Shown one piece after another: positions 1 to 9,265 of a stretch of 52,782 bases of DNA. The position numbers were made by a program, and so were the translations under genes. The notes beneath the pieces were generated by a model. It searched no databases, was not told the origin of the DNA, and saw only the letters and a list, made by a program, of their open reading frames with translations. Source of the DNA: a virus (lineage: Duplodnaviria > Caudoviricetes); IMG/VR virus record IMGVR_UViG_3300025154_000134, positions 1 through 52,782 of that record; one strand, written 5' to 3'. Every line of letters starts with the position of its first letter. Position 1 is the first letter of the stretch.

Positions 1-8
1 CACACGGC

Positions 9-134
9 GCGGGTGTTGGGTGGGGGTGCGTCATGACTGACAACCCGCGCCGTGTGGAAATCTTGACGCAGTTCAAACAGCAGATCGAGGCCCCAACGTG
101 GCCGGAAGATACCGACGCTGAAGAGGCATTGATC
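9..134. repeat. Terminal direct repeat, left copy (126 bp; circular assembly overlap)
   Basis: Identical to 52657-52782 (offset 52648); bases 1-8 do not match. Confidence 0.95.
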
Positions 135-1583
135 GGCGCAATCTTATTCCTGCCTGAGTGTCTGCCGCACATCGCCGGGTTGGTAGTGCCAGACGACTTT
201 TATATTACGCGGTTCGGTTGGATTTTTCAGGCGATTCTCGACGTGTGGCACGGAGGGCAGCAGGTCGATTACCTCACGGTAATCGGGCGGTTGCGCGACA
301 CGGGGCGATTGGAAGAGGTGGGTGGGGGCAGCGTGATCACGAACATGATCAACCATACACCTACCATGTATCACGCCAAGAGTTACGCACAGCGCGTGCA
401 ACACGCCGCCGACCGGCGACGATTGATCGGCGTCATGGGAACTGCGGTGCGCGGGTTTGTAGACCAGGGGGCATCACTGAACGCGCTCTACAGCGAAACT
501 ATGCAAGCCTTTATTCAGGCCAAGCCGCGCAGTTTGGATGTTACGTTGACACTGGGGCGCACGGTATCGGATCGATTCCTTGCGTTACAGTCGCGTGAAG
601 AGGGCGATGTGACGGTGTTTCCACTTCCGTTTGCGGGCTGCCAGGTGGGGTTGCCCTATCTTACGGGGGGTAAATTGTTCGGTATCGGCGGCGATGAAAA
701 GACAGGGAAGTCGGCGCTGGCCGAAACGCTTTCGGAGCACTGGTCAAAACTGGGGTTGCGTGGGTTTTATATCCACACCGAAGAAACCCCGGATGATAAA
801 ATCAACCGTCGTTATAGCCGATGGTCCGGCATTCCGTTTATGCACCTGGAAGCCGGGAAGCTGAACGATGAAGAAAAAGAGCGCCGCGCCCGCGCGATTG
901 AACTCACTGTTCCGTGGGAGCACAACCTGGATATGTATTACGAGAGCTTGCCAACACAGATAGGCATCATGACGTTGATGTTACGAGCCGTTCAGGTGTT
1001 TAAATGTAAATATATCGTGCTCGACAACTTTACCGATGTTCAGTTTGTAGACGTACCGCGCGGGTCTAGCAATGCAGTCGAGGCGATACGGTTGCTTCAA
1101 CAACTCAACGACTTCGCGGCGAAGTACAAGGTGCTCGTCGTGGTCACAACACAGATGAGTACGCAGGACAGCGGCAAGCGTATCGCCTATGGCACCAGTG
1201 GATTCAACAAAAAAATGAGTTGGTTCTGGGATATCAACCGGAAGCCACTCAAGGAACCGCTGACGTATCATGCCGATGGACGGACGTTCAACCTTGACGA
1301 GGGGGAATTTGATCCGCGCGTTGACATTTATCAGCCCGCTGTCCGCTATGGCCGGGCGGTGAAAATTCCGATGTTCGCGGACCTTCGCCGTTACTATTGG
1401 CGCGACCGTGATGAGGTGAGGATTATCGAAACTAAGTTTCCACCCGTTGATTTGCCTGTTCTTTTACGGCCACCAGGCAGTACATTGATGCTCAAGCCAG
1501 GCGCAACAGAAGGCGCGTTCACCGTGGATACGTTGCGACCAGCAAAAGATGATGAAGTTTTCAGAGGTTCCAAAGATGACTAA
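33..1583 (+). CDS. dnaB: DnaB-like replicative helicase
   Basis: N-terminal DnaB domain (AEEALIGAIL...PDDFY...IFQAI), Walker A GDEKTGKS, Walker B IVLD; follows the replication initiator across the circular junction. Confidence 0.85.
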   Translation: MTDNPRRVEILTQFKQQIEAPTWPEDTDAEEALIGAILFLPECLPHIAGLVVPDDFYITRFGWIFQAILDVWHGGQQVDYLTVIGRLRDTGRLEEVGGGSVITNMINHTPTMYHAKSYAQRVQHAADRRRLIGVMGTAVRGFVDQGASLNALYSETMQAFIQAKPRSLDVTLTLGRTVSDRFLALQSREEGDVTVFPLPFAGCQVGLPYLTGGKLFGIGGDEKTGKSALAETLSEHWSKLGLRGFYIHTEETPDDKINRRYSRWSGIPFMHLEAGKLNDEEKERRARAIELTVPWEHNLDMYYESLPTQIGIMTLMLRAVQVFKCKYIVLDNFTDVQFVDVPRGSSNAVEAIRLLQQLNDFAAKYKVLVVVTTQMSTQDSGKRIAYGTSGFNKKMSWFWDINRKPLKEPLTYHADGRTFNLDEGEFDPRVDIYQPAVRYGRAVKIPMFADLRRYYWRDRDEVRIIETKFPPVDLPVLLRPPGSTLMLKPGATEGAFTVDTLRPAKDDEVFRGSKDD

Positions 1584-1821
1584 CGCTTTTGCTCACCTAT
1601 CGGACGACGCGCTGGCCCGCGAGGTCGCGCACTGGGCCGCTGAGCTGCGGCGGCTGGATACCGACGATGCCCGTCTGCGCGGACGCTGGCATGAGGCCGA
1701 CGTGCTCCGCGACGTGTGCCGCCGACTCACGCACGAGCGCCTGAACGCCATCGAAGCCGAGCAGCGCGCCCGGCAGCAGCCGGTAGAGGTCGCGGGCGAG
1801 CCAGCGGGGGTGGGGGCGTGA
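1576..1821 (+). CDS. Hypothetical protein
   Basis: ORF overlapping both neighbours' stop/start codons. Confidence 0.6.
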   Translation: MTNAFAHLSDDALAREVAHWAAELRRLDTDDARLRGRWHEADVLRDVCRRLTHERLNAIEAEQRARQQPVEVAGEPAGVGA

Positions 1822-2885
1822 CATTATCTGAGGGAGGGCGTCATGAGTTTTCTGTTGGATCGCTGTTTACAGGTATCGCCGGACTTGACCTTGCCGCTCA
1901 GTGGGCAGGATTTAGTGTCGCGTGGCAGTCCGATATCAATGTATGGGCGCTTGGGCACTGCGCGCGCAACTTCCCCGGTGCCCGCCAACACTGCATCGAT
2001 GTGCGCGACCTGCGAGGACACGACCTTGAGCCAGTTGACGTTGTTTGCGGAGGACCACCCTGTCAGCCGTTCAGCGATGCCGGGAACAAACGAGGCAAGG
2101 CAGATGACCGCTACCTCTGGCCGGAAATGTATCGCGTCATTCGAGAGCTTGACCCGCAACCCCGCGCCGTTGTTTTTGAGAATGTGCCTGGAATCCGCAA
2201 TATGGTTCTCAGAGAAATACTTACTGACCTGGAGTCCGCGGGCTACAGCCAACAATTCTGCTTTCGAGTTCCACTTGCGGCTCTCGGAGCTACCAACATC
2301 CGGTATCGAATATTCGTCGTGGCCTACACCGAGATCGCAGGAACGCCAGCAGCAGAACAGCGCGGATTCTGGGATGGCACTGAGCAAGGCGTTTCGACAG
2401 GAACCGTGGCCGACTCCGCAGACGCGCGACTTTCGACATGGCAGCAGTCCCGATTCGGATCGGATGCAACGCAAGGCAGCGCAGGGGTGGTCAGAAAATC
2501 TGAACGATGCGGTGTTGCCCTGGGCAACACCGACGGCCAGCGCCGCCAAGGGATCGGGGCCTTATGGGAGCAAGTCGCATCAACACGACACATTGAAGGG
2601 AAACCTGAAAGCTCAAGTCATAATGGCGGATTCGAGTGGGCAACTCAACCCCGGCTGGGAATTGCAGCTGATGGGCTTCCCGCCTGGGTGGTTGAACCTC
2701 ACTGGCCCGCCTGGCGAGGACAGCCCCAGCACGACTGGGAACAGTCCCGCACCGTCACCGGAAACACCGTAGAGGATCGCGCCAAGCAAGTCGAGGCCAT
2801 TGGCAACGCGGTGTCACCGGTACACGCTTATCCACTGTGGATTGCGCTGCGGTATGCGCTTGGGGAGCAGGCGGTGACCGCATGA
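1818..2885 (+). CDS. DNA (cytosine-5) methyltransferase, main (alpha-like) polypeptide
   Basis: Motif I LFTGIAG, IV GGPPCQPFS, VI FENVPG, VIII RYRIFVVA, X AIGNAVSP; motif IX not evident in this frame; GTG start overlaps the upstream stop. Confidence 0.9.
   Translation: MTLSEGGRHEFSVGSLFTGIAGLDLAAQWAGFSVAWQSDINVWALGHCARNFPGARQHCIDVRDLRGHDLEPVDVVCGGPPCQPFSDAGNKRGKADDRYLWPEMYRVIRELDPQPRAVVFENVPGIRNMVLREILTDLESAGYSQQFCFRVPLAALGATNIRYRIFVVAYTEIAGTPAAEQRGFWDGTEQGVSTGTVADSADARLSTWQQSRFGSDATQGSAGVVRKSERCGVALGNTDGQRRQGIGALWEQVASTRHIEGKPESSSHNGGFEWATQPRLGIAADGLPAWVVEPHWPAWRGQPQHDWEQSRTVTGNTVEDRAKQVEAIGNAVSPVHAYPLWIALRYALGEQAVTA
1843..2772 (+). CDS. Nested alternative-frame polypeptide of the C5 methyltransferase (beta-like, motif IX)
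   Basis: 309-aa ORF inside the MTase gene, GGAGGG upstream, repeated WPTP/WATP segments and GQLNPGWELQLMGFPPGW. Confidence 0.75.
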   Translation: MSFLLDRCLQVSPDLTLPLSGQDLVSRGSPISMYGRLGTARATSPVPANTASMCATCEDTTLSQLTLFAEDHPVSRSAMPGTNEARQMTATSGRKCIASFESLTRNPAPLFLRMCLESAIWFSEKYLLTWSPRATANNSAFEFHLRLSELPTSGIEYSSWPTPRSQERQQQNSADSGMALSKAFRQEPWPTPQTRDFRHGSSPDSDRMQRKAAQGWSENLNDAVLPWATPTASAAKGSGPYGSKSHQHDTLKGNLKAQVIMADSSGQLNPGWELQLMGFPPGWLNLTGPPGEDSPSTTGNSPAPSPETP

Positions 2886-3361
2886 AAGCAGCAAACAACG
2901 CGATCCGGCAACACCCGGACGACATCGAAGCGCAGTCAACTGCGCTGATGGCCCTTGGGTTTAGCGACAACCTGACGGCGCATCTCGTGGCGGGTGATTT
3001 CATGGGCCGCCGGGGATATGCTGACTTTGAGCTGAGCAACAACCGCGCGAACATCCGGCGCATGAAGGCGCGCGTGGCGGAATTGATCGCGGCGCGTGAG
3101 AAACTCACGGTAGGCTTGGCACAACCATCCCCCGCGCTGGACGTGGTACTGCCGGAAGGCGTGAGTATGGAAGAGAACACCGACGATAACCGACTGCGGT
3201 TGTATTTTCCAGGCAAGCCTGATGAGGCCACGCGCACGCTGTTAAGATCCAACGGGTGGCGGTGGTCGTCGAGCGCAGGGGCATGGCAGCGCCAGCTAAC
3301 GGATAACGCGCGGGCGAACGTCCATTACATCGCGGATCGGCTGGCGGAGGGCGGGTTATGA
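2882..3361 (+). CDS. Hypothetical protein resembling the C-terminal part of DUF3560-family phage proteins
   Basis: LSNNRANIRR and NRLRLYFPGKPDEATRTLLRSNGWRWS..GAWQR motifs. Confidence 0.6.
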   Translation: MKAANNAIRQHPDDIEAQSTALMALGFSDNLTAHLVAGDFMGRRGYADFELSNNRANIRRMKARVAELIAAREKLTVGLAQPSPALDVVLPEGVSMEENTDDNRLRLYFPGKPDEATRTLLRSNGWRWSSSAGAWQRQLTDNARANVHYIADRLAEGGL

Positions 3362-3579
3362 CTGATCAATACGGACAAACTATCGTATCACGACTGGAGG
3401 CGGCGCTTGAAGTGCTCGAAGAGGCCAGTCATCATGCAAGCCGGTTGCAATTCACGTGGGGGCAAACGCACCCTGAACCCCTACCCAGTGATCTCATGGA
3501 TGTGTTTGGCGCTATACTGCGCGCTGAGCGGATATGCAAAGAGGTGCTGGAAAAGCACAAGGGGGCGGCGCATGACTAA
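3358..3579 (+). CDS. Hypothetical protein
   Basis: GGAGG RBS; ATGA overlap with the upstream gene. Confidence 0.6.
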   Translation: MTDQYGQTIVSRLEAALEVLEEASHHASRLQFTWGQTHPEPLPSDLMDVFGAILRAERICKEVLEKHKGAAHD

Positions 3580-3925
3580 CGACTTGCTGACACGGTTGAA
3601 GGCAATCTTCGCACTCCATAGAGCCGTAGAAGGTGAAGAATCATTTGCGCTGACTACCCACGCGCCAGACTTGATAGCGATCACGTGGCCTGAATTGATC
3701 GAGGCGGCGGAGCGCGCCGAAGTGCTCGAAGGGGCGTTCAAGGATATTGCAGAAAACCGCTGGAACTATTGGCCCCCACGAAAAGGCGAGGTTCACTGCA
3801 AGTGGTGCGGACTGCGAACGTGGGCCAGTGATATAGATAAAGACGAGAAACACGAAGCTACGTGTCCAGTTATTCTAGCCCGTGATCTTTTGAATGAACA
3901 CGAAGGGAGAAGCAACACACCATGA
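3572..3925 (+). CDS. Hypothetical protein, possible Zn-binding
   Basis: CKWC...HEATC; coupled to neighbours. Confidence 0.6.
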   Translation: MTNDLLTRLKAIFALHRAVEGEESFALTTHAPDLIAITWPELIEAAERAEVLEGAFKDIAENRWNYWPPRKGEVHCKWCGLRTWASDIDKDEKHEATCPVILARDLLNEHEGRSNTP

Positions 3926-4347
3926 CTAACACTTGCGAGAAGTGTAGCAAAGTCCTGCAATCGTTTGAAATCTTCGGCAAGCCCGGACAAACGTTGTGTT
4001 TTGCCTGCGACCAGCGATGGAATAATCCGCCTAAGTTGCTGCTTGCTGAATCCACCGTATGGACCTGCACATCATGTGGCGCGTGGGCTGGGCGGTTTCC
4101 TGATTTCATGGGAGATGATGGATTCTGGCAGTGCGGCAAATGCGGGAATACGTCTGTTAATCAGCGCGAGGGGCGTCCCTATGGCCCAAAGTGCAAGGAC
4201 TGGGACTGGATCGAACGAGAATTCAATGACATGATAAGTGTTCTAGGGGTGAAATTTATCGAGGATGTCAAGACTGATCCGCCGATGGAAGATGATGAGT
4301 GCGATGACGAGTGGTATCCGCTTGAGATTTTGGTGCCATTGCCATGA
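3922..4347 (+). CDS. Hypothetical Zn-finger protein
   Basis: Four CxxC pairs; ATGA overlap. Confidence 0.6.
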   Translation: MTNTCEKCSKVLQSFEIFGKPGQTLCFACDQRWNNPPKLLLAESTVWTCTSCGAWAGRFPDFMGDDGFWQCGKCGNTSVNQREGRPYGPKCKDWDWIEREFNDMISVLGVKFIEDVKTDPPMEDDECDDEWYPLEILVPLP

Positions 4348-4706
4348 CTAACTTCAGTGTAGTGGGACGGACACTTTCATATGGGATGAGCCGAGAAACA
4401 TTGCGTCAGCATATTGAACGTGACGAGTTTCTAGTACGCTTGCGCGTTTGCGGTATTTCAGAAGACAGCGCGCTCATTCTTTTCGAGGAAATCAAGCAAG
4501 CGTGTTATCGGGGCGTTTATCTTAACTCTGCCCTCGCAACATCCTTGATGGATCGCGTTCGAGACATGGCGGCGCGCGGGGATAGTGTGGCACAGATGAT
4601 CGAATGGATTCGGGCATGTCCACCTGAGTTAGAGTGGCAGTGGAAGGCTGAATGCATAGTACCGAGCGCCTACCCTGGCGGGCCTGGAAGGATATACACG
4701 CGATGA
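4344..4706 (+). CDS. Hypothetical protein
   Basis: ATGA overlaps at both ends. Confidence 0.55.
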   Translation: MTNFSVVGRTLSYGMSRETLRQHIERDEFLVRLRVCGISEDSALILFEEIKQACYRGVYLNSALATSLMDRVRDMAARGDSVAQMIEWIRACPPELEWQWKAECIVPSAYPGGPGRIYTR

Positions 4707-4963
4707 CTGACACCTACCTGATGGACGACTTCTACCCCGGTTGTCCCGTCACCACGCGGGACAAGGCGCTTCGTATCGCGCGCTTCTGGTGCTGGTCCGG
4801 TGTCGCGCCGTATCAGTATCGCGCGTGGGTGGTCTTCTGGGACTCACGCGGGTGCAGGCCGCGCGTCAAGTTGTTCGACGTGGCAGAGCTGCGCTTGAGC
4901 GGTGAGAGCGCCGAGCCGCCGGAGATGCCGGCGTGGGCGCAAGGGAATGGGGTGAGGGAATGA
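4703..4963 (+). CDS. Hypothetical protein
   Basis: ATGA overlaps at both ends. Confidence 0.55.
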   Translation: MTDTYLMDDFYPGCPVTTRDKALRIARFWCWSGVAPYQYRAWVVFWDSRGCRPRVKLFDVAELRLSGESAEPPEMPAWAQGNGVRE

Positions 4964-5613
4964 GTGACATACAACGTGGCGATGCGCGCCAGATCGAGTT
5001 ATCACTGGCGAACGAAAGCATTGACCTCATTTTTACCGACCCGCCATACTCGCGCGAATATCTCGAGCTGTACGGATGGCTGGCGGAGACAGGCGCACGA
5101 GTGCTGAAGCCTGGCGGGTTTGTGCTGGCGATGGCGGGCGGCCTGTATAGCGACCAGATACTAGCCATGATGAGCCAGCACTTAACCTACTATTGGACAT
5201 TCCACGTCACGCTGACGGGTTCTCAGACAGGGAAGGTTCATCCCGGTGGCAACCCCAAGCCGATCATCACGCGCGTGAAACCTATTTATGCGTTTGTCAA
5301 GGGTTGGGGTAGTCCTCGCACGGTGGTGTATGACCCATTCGCTGGCGACGGTAATGACAAACGATTTCATCACTGGGGGCAGGACATGCAAAGCGCCCGG
5401 TATTATGTGGACTGCTTCAGCCATCCCGGTGACGTGGTGCTCGATCCATTTTGCGGCGGTGGCACCACGCCCGTCGTGTGCCAGGCGTTGGGGCGGCAGT
5501 ACATCGCGTGGGACCAGGACGCGGCGGCAATCGAAACAACACGCGGGCGGTTGCGTAATCCGTTTTACGCGTCTCGCCTTGGAGAGCAGACAGTGATGGA
5601 GTTCGCCAAATGA
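4960..5613 (+). CDS. DNA N6-adenine/N4-cytosine methyltransferase (beta class)
   Basis: IFTDPPY catalytic motif before the [14 protein letters not shown]-binding motif. Confidence 0.9.
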   Translation: MSDIQRGDARQIELSLANESIDLIFTDPPYSREYLELYGWLAETGARVLKPGGFVLAMAGGLYSDQILAMMSQHLTYYWTFHVTLTGSQTGKVHPGGNPKPIITRVKPIYAFVKGWGSPRTVVYDPFAGDGNDKRFHHWGQDMQSARYYVDCFSHPGDVVLDPFCGGGTTPVVCQALGRQYIAWDQDAAAIETTRGRLRNPFYASRLGEQTVMEFAK

Positions 5614-5861
5614 TCACCTACAAAACATCGCCTGACCGCGTCCACTGGCAGCCCGCGCCGTGGGCCGCGTTCGAAGAGTGGGAGGGGGGCGCGCGTATCG
5701 TCGCGCTGCGGGGCGCGTGCCCAGATTCATTGCGCCAGGCCGCGTCACTGTGGCTGGTGGACGGGCGCAACTACCAGGCGGAGCGCATCGAGACAGCGGG
5801 CGATACCGTGCGCGTGTACGTGCGAGAGGTGGGGCCGGACGTTGCCGAGGTGGGGGCGTGA
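5610..5861 (+). CDS. Hypothetical protein
   Basis: Coupled ORF. Confidence 0.55.
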   Translation: MITYKTSPDRVHWQPAPWAAFEEWEGGARIVALRGACPDSLRQAASLWLVDGRNYQAERIETAGDTVRVYVREVGPDVAEVGA

Positions 5862-6085
5862 AAGACAGCGCCGAGTTGCGTGAACTCGTGTACTTCACAT
5901 GTTATCCTGCGGACAGGTTCACGGACGCTGAAATCGTGCTTATGGCTCGGTTGGCATTGCACGATCAACGTCCAGCGGTGAAAGTGAGAGCGACCGAGAT
6001 GTTCAAGGCGGCGATGCTTGGCTTATGGCATGACGATCCTATACGGTATAACCGTGTTGGGCTATTGGCACTTAAGGCTTTCTGA
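5858..6085 (+). CDS. Hypothetical protein
   Basis: GTGA overlap with the upstream stop. Confidence 0.55.
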   Translation: MKDSAELRELVYFTCYPADRFTDAEIVLMARLALHDQRPAVKVRATEMFKAAMLGLWHDDPIRYNRVGLLALKAF

Positions 6086-6251
6086 ATTAATTGCGAGAAC
6101 CATAATTCGCATAAGCGACGTTTTAAACACCCCCCTGCCCCAATTGTATGTGTTTTTGGAAAGGGTTACGCGCGGGTGTTAATGTACGGGAGAGTTAACG
6201 TCCACATTGCAACGGCGTGCGCATAGACAGTTGATCGGGGTAGGTGGCGTT

Positions 6252-6280
6252 TTGTATTTCCAGGCAAAATGGGTTATACT
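6252..6280 (+). promoter_or_regulatory. Sigma70-type promoter
   Basis: TTGTAT-17 bp-TATACT. Confidence 0.6.
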
Positions 6281-6281
6281 T

Positions 6282-6404
6282 TGGTTGCTGCGTTATTTCA
6301 TCATCGGGAAACAAAAGGGCTTCAAGCGCCCTGTTGTATTGGTGTCTACTTGATGGTGAGACGCAGCAACCAATACAGCTGGGCACTTGGAGCCTTTTGT
6401 GTTT
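6282..6404 (+). ncRNA. Structured leader with alternative pairing (C4/CI-antisense-like or attenuator)
   Basis: Long stem 6311-6343/6369-6400; 6352-6372 is complementary to 6282-6305. Confidence 0.55.
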
Positions 6405-6414
6405 GGAGTCAATC

Positions 6415-7161
6415 ATGCCACAATTCGAAACAGTATGGCAGCGGGGGCATCAGAGATATGTTGACATAAAGATTGCGGAAACGCCCAAGTACGCGATTGC
6501 ACTAGCCAGGGTATTGAAGTGGCTGAATGAGGGCAAATACAATGAGGAATATGTAAATTCCCTCGTGCAGACCGCATCTAAAAGTTACGATCTTTACGAC
6601 GCCGCAATTTTTTTGCGAATGCACACGGCGATGGTAAAGGGCGATATAATTTTCACGACGATTCATTTTGGCGAAACTCCTTGTGCAGACAGAGCTATAA
6701 CTGAGAACATCCGCAAACTTGCCAAGTTGTCCGATACTCGTTTTTTCAGCGTGGATAAAAAAGGGAAACGGAGAGAGGAAGAATTACACATTGAAGCCAC
6801 ATTTGAGGGAGGATCGCAGAGTGACTATGATGGTGTATTGAGTTGGAACGGTCCTCTTGAATTAGGGACAACGAAGGGGGCAGCGTGTATAGTTGCCGAC
6901 GGTTTTATGCCGCTTGAAGTTGGCTATACCTACGCTGAACGTACTTTCGGGCATTTGGCTAATGAACGAAGCTTAGCGCGATGGCCTTATGGAAGTGAAA
7001 AGATATGGTTGTTTCAGGTGGTCAATAACGATCTGTGGAATGTCCGATTCAAAACGATAGAGAAGATGGCCTTTCCTGAGCCTGAGCCTGAGAACGAGGG
7101 CATTGTCGAGATTGAGCAAAAGCCAGTATATGCGCAACTTCCCATGTTCTTAAACTTGTAG
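6415..7161 (+). CDS. Hypothetical protein (moron-like, own promoter)
   Basis: GGAG RBS; 248-aa ORF; visibly more AT-rich than its flanks. Confidence 0.75.
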   Translation: MPQFETVWQRGHQRYVDIKIAETPKYAIALARVLKWLNEGKYNEEYVNSLVQTASKSYDLYDAAIFLRMHTAMVKGDIIFTTIHFGETPCADRAITENIRKLAKLSDTRFFSVDKKGKRREEELHIEATFEGGSQSDYDGVLSWNGPLELGTTKGAACIVADGFMPLEVGYTYAERTFGHLANERSLARWPYGSEKIWLFQVVNNDLWNVRFKTIEKMAFPEPEPENEGIVEIEQKPVYAQLPMFLNL

Positions 7162-7199
7162 TCTATGGCGGGGATCGCCCCGCCCCGATGGAGGAGTGA

Positions 7200-7571
7200 A
7201 TGATGATCAAGAATATGAAGTTCAACATGCTATACCGCGCGAATCACTTTCAGCGCGTGACTGTTTCTCTATTCTGGCGCGATCTGGCGTGGCGCTTGCC
7301 GCATAGGTTGGTTATGTGGTGCGCCTATCGCGTGTTTGCGCACGCCACTACTGGCGAGTACGGCAACTCGTATCCCGGCGATCTCACGGTAATGGAAGCT
7401 ATGCGACGCTGGGATGAAATTGTTAATTCCCACCGCCCCGATGGAGGGAATGATGGCAACGGACTTGAAGGTCGTAACGAAAAACCCACGCGCGCTAGAT
7501 GGGATCGTTCAACAATTTGGTGCGGCGGTGAAGGAATATCACGGTCTCGCAGGCCAGTACGATCAGGTTGA
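7200..7571 (+). CDS. Hypothetical protein (true end may be near 7425)
   Basis: GGAGGAG RBS; C-terminus overlaps the next gene by about 120 bp. Confidence 0.5.
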   Translation: MMIKNMKFNMLYRANHFQRVTVSLFWRDLAWRLPHRLVMWCAYRVFAHATTGEYGNSYPGDLTVMEAMRRWDEIVNSHRPDGGNDGNGLEGRNEKPTRARWDRSTIWCGGEGISRSRRPVRSG

Positions 7572-7710
7572 ACCTGACACGTATCTCGTGCGGTGTTTCG
7601 GTGATCCTGGGTTTGTCGAATTCATGATTGAGCATCAGGGATATGGGCATGTAATCGGGCGGACGCTAGTAGACCCTGCCCAGCAGGAGGCCCCCCCCGA
7701 CGAACATTGA
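7450..7710 (+). CDS. Hypothetical protein
   Basis: GGAGG RBS and ATG at 7450. Confidence 0.6.
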   Translation: MMATDLKVVTKNPRALDGIVQQFGAAVKEYHGLAGQYDQVEPDTYLVRCFGDPGFVEFMIEHQGYGHVIGRTLVDPAQQEAPPDEH

Positions 7711-7738
7711 TGTCTGGATTATACCGAAGACCAAAACG

Positions 7739-7975
7739 GTGCTGGTGACCGACGATCCCGGCGTGCCGATTGCTGCTTGCGTCATCGGTGACGAACCGCG
7801 CGAAAACGCGGGCAGCGTCAAGCACTTCGGTGACGTGAATGACGCGATGTACTACGCTGAACGAGAGCGCGATGAACGCGGGTATACGCTCCAAGAAACG
7901 TGGCGCTTCGCACCGTGGGCCGATCCGTACTACGTTGGATATGTTGACCAGGAGGTCGCCGCCGATGGCGCGTAA
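7739..7975 (+). CDS. Hypothetical protein
   Basis: ORF in operon; the frame stays open upstream to about 7700, behind a GGAGG. Confidence 0.5.
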   Translation: MLVTDDPGVPIAACVIGDEPRENAGSVKHFGDVNDAMYYAERERDERGYTLQETWRFAPWADPYYVGYVDQEVAADGA

Positions 7976-8075
7976 ATGGGGAGACCTCGTGTTTAGAGGT
8001 GAGCACGTTTATCGCCGCCCGCCGTGGTGCCCGCTATTCGTGTTTTTGCTGCTGCGGCGTTGGTTTGAGATATGA
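7965..8075 (+). CDS. Small hypothetical protein
   Basis: GGAGG RBS; coupled ORF. Confidence 0.4.
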   Translation: MARKWGDLVFRGEHVYRRPPWCPLFVFLLLRRWFEI

Positions 8076-8134
8076 TGACTAGCCCCCCAGCCGCGCGTGT
8101 GGAAGTCGGGCGAAGTGATCGAGGTGGTGCTGCC

Positions 8135-9034
8135 ATGATTTATACCGTTGGGCATAGAGACAATTACCTTAGGGCCATTGCCGAATCACAGGATGGATAT
8201 ATCGAAAAAACGGGGCGGCAATCCGGGTATAATGGGGGCTGTGCATTCCGCACAATTGAGGATGCACGTCGTGCGCTTGACGAATTCAATCAGCCATCCT
8301 GGTGTGTATGGGGTCTGGACGCAAAATGGAATTGGGATACTGAACCAAGTTTATCTGGGGCATGGTGGCACGATTTGTTGGTTACCAGTCGAATTGTGCC
8401 CATTCCGCAAGAACTGGAAAACAGTAATGATAGCTCAGCGCATCATCAACCAAGGAGATGTGAGATGAAGAAAATACCATCGTTGTTCAAGCGCGACTAT
8501 GAAGGCACCCGCCAAGTCTATGACGAACTGGTGGACGGAACGGAATGGGTGCAGGCCGGTGAGGGAATAGCGACCGAGAAGGTGGATGGAACTTGCTGTC
8601 TTGTCAGGAATGGAAAATTGTACAAGCGGTATGACGCCAAACACGGCAAAAATCCACCAGCGGAGTGGGAACCTGCCGAAGACGAACCTGATGAAAACAC
8701 AGGTCATTGGCCGGGGTGGCTTCCGGTGGGAGAAGGTCCCGAAGATAAGTGGCACCGGGAGGCGTTTGGTTCGACGCCGATATTTTATAATGGAACGTAT
8801 GAATTGATTGGGCCAAAAGTTCAGGACAATCCATACGACTTGGCCCAACATCACCTCGTGGAGCATGGCAGCATTGTGATAGATAACGTGCCGCGCACCT
8901 TTGAGGCGTTACGCGACTGGTTATTTGACAATGATGCTATTGAGGGCATTGTATGGCATCATCCCGATGGTCGAATGGTGAAGATCAAGCGGCGCGATTT
9001 TGGGCTGCCGTGGCCTGTCAAACATGCGAAATAA
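8135..9034 (+). CDS. RNA ligase-like nucleotidyltransferase (DUF5565/RLIG1-like), in frame with an N-terminal hypothetical domain; probable internal start at 8465
   Basis: ATEKVDGTCC (KxDG), GTYELIGPKVQDNP, EGIVWHHPDGRMVKIK; AAGGAG before ATG 8465. Confidence 0.7.
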   Translation: MIYTVGHRDNYLRAIAESQDGYIEKTGRQSGYNGGCAFRTIEDARRALDEFNQPSWCVWGLDAKWNWDTEPSLSGAWWHDLLVTSRIVPIPQELENSNDSSAHHQPRRCEMKKIPSLFKRDYEGTRQVYDELVDGTEWVQAGEGIATEKVDGTCCLVRNGKLYKRYDAKHGKNPPAEWEPAEDEPDENTGHWPGWLPVGEGPEDKWHREAFGSTPIFYNGTYELIGPKVQDNPYDLAQHHLVEHGSIVIDNVPRTFEALRDWLFDNDAIEGIVWHHPDGRMVKIKRRDFGLPWPVKHAK

Positions 9035-9245
9035 CAGCGCTCTGCCCCTCACCCCGCTACTATCTGGGGATCGCGGCGTGGGCGTGGTGTCCAAGCGCCC
9101 GATCCCCATCGTGGGCGGCGTCATTCCGCTTGGCACGCTGGGCATCGTGGTGTTCGTGCATAACGCCGTGTGTCGCGTGCAATTCGTGGGATTCTGTTCA
9201 ACGTCCAACGTCGATGTGTCCGCGCTGCGCGTGGTGGCGCGGTGA
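9024..9245 (+). CDS. Hypothetical protein
   Basis: Coupled ORF. Confidence 0.45.
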   Translation: MRNNSALPLTPLLSGDRGVGVVSKRPIPIVGGVIPLGTLGIVVFVHNAVCRVQFVGFCSTSNVDVSALRVVAR

Positions 9246-9265
9246 TGGCATATAGGAGGCATGAA

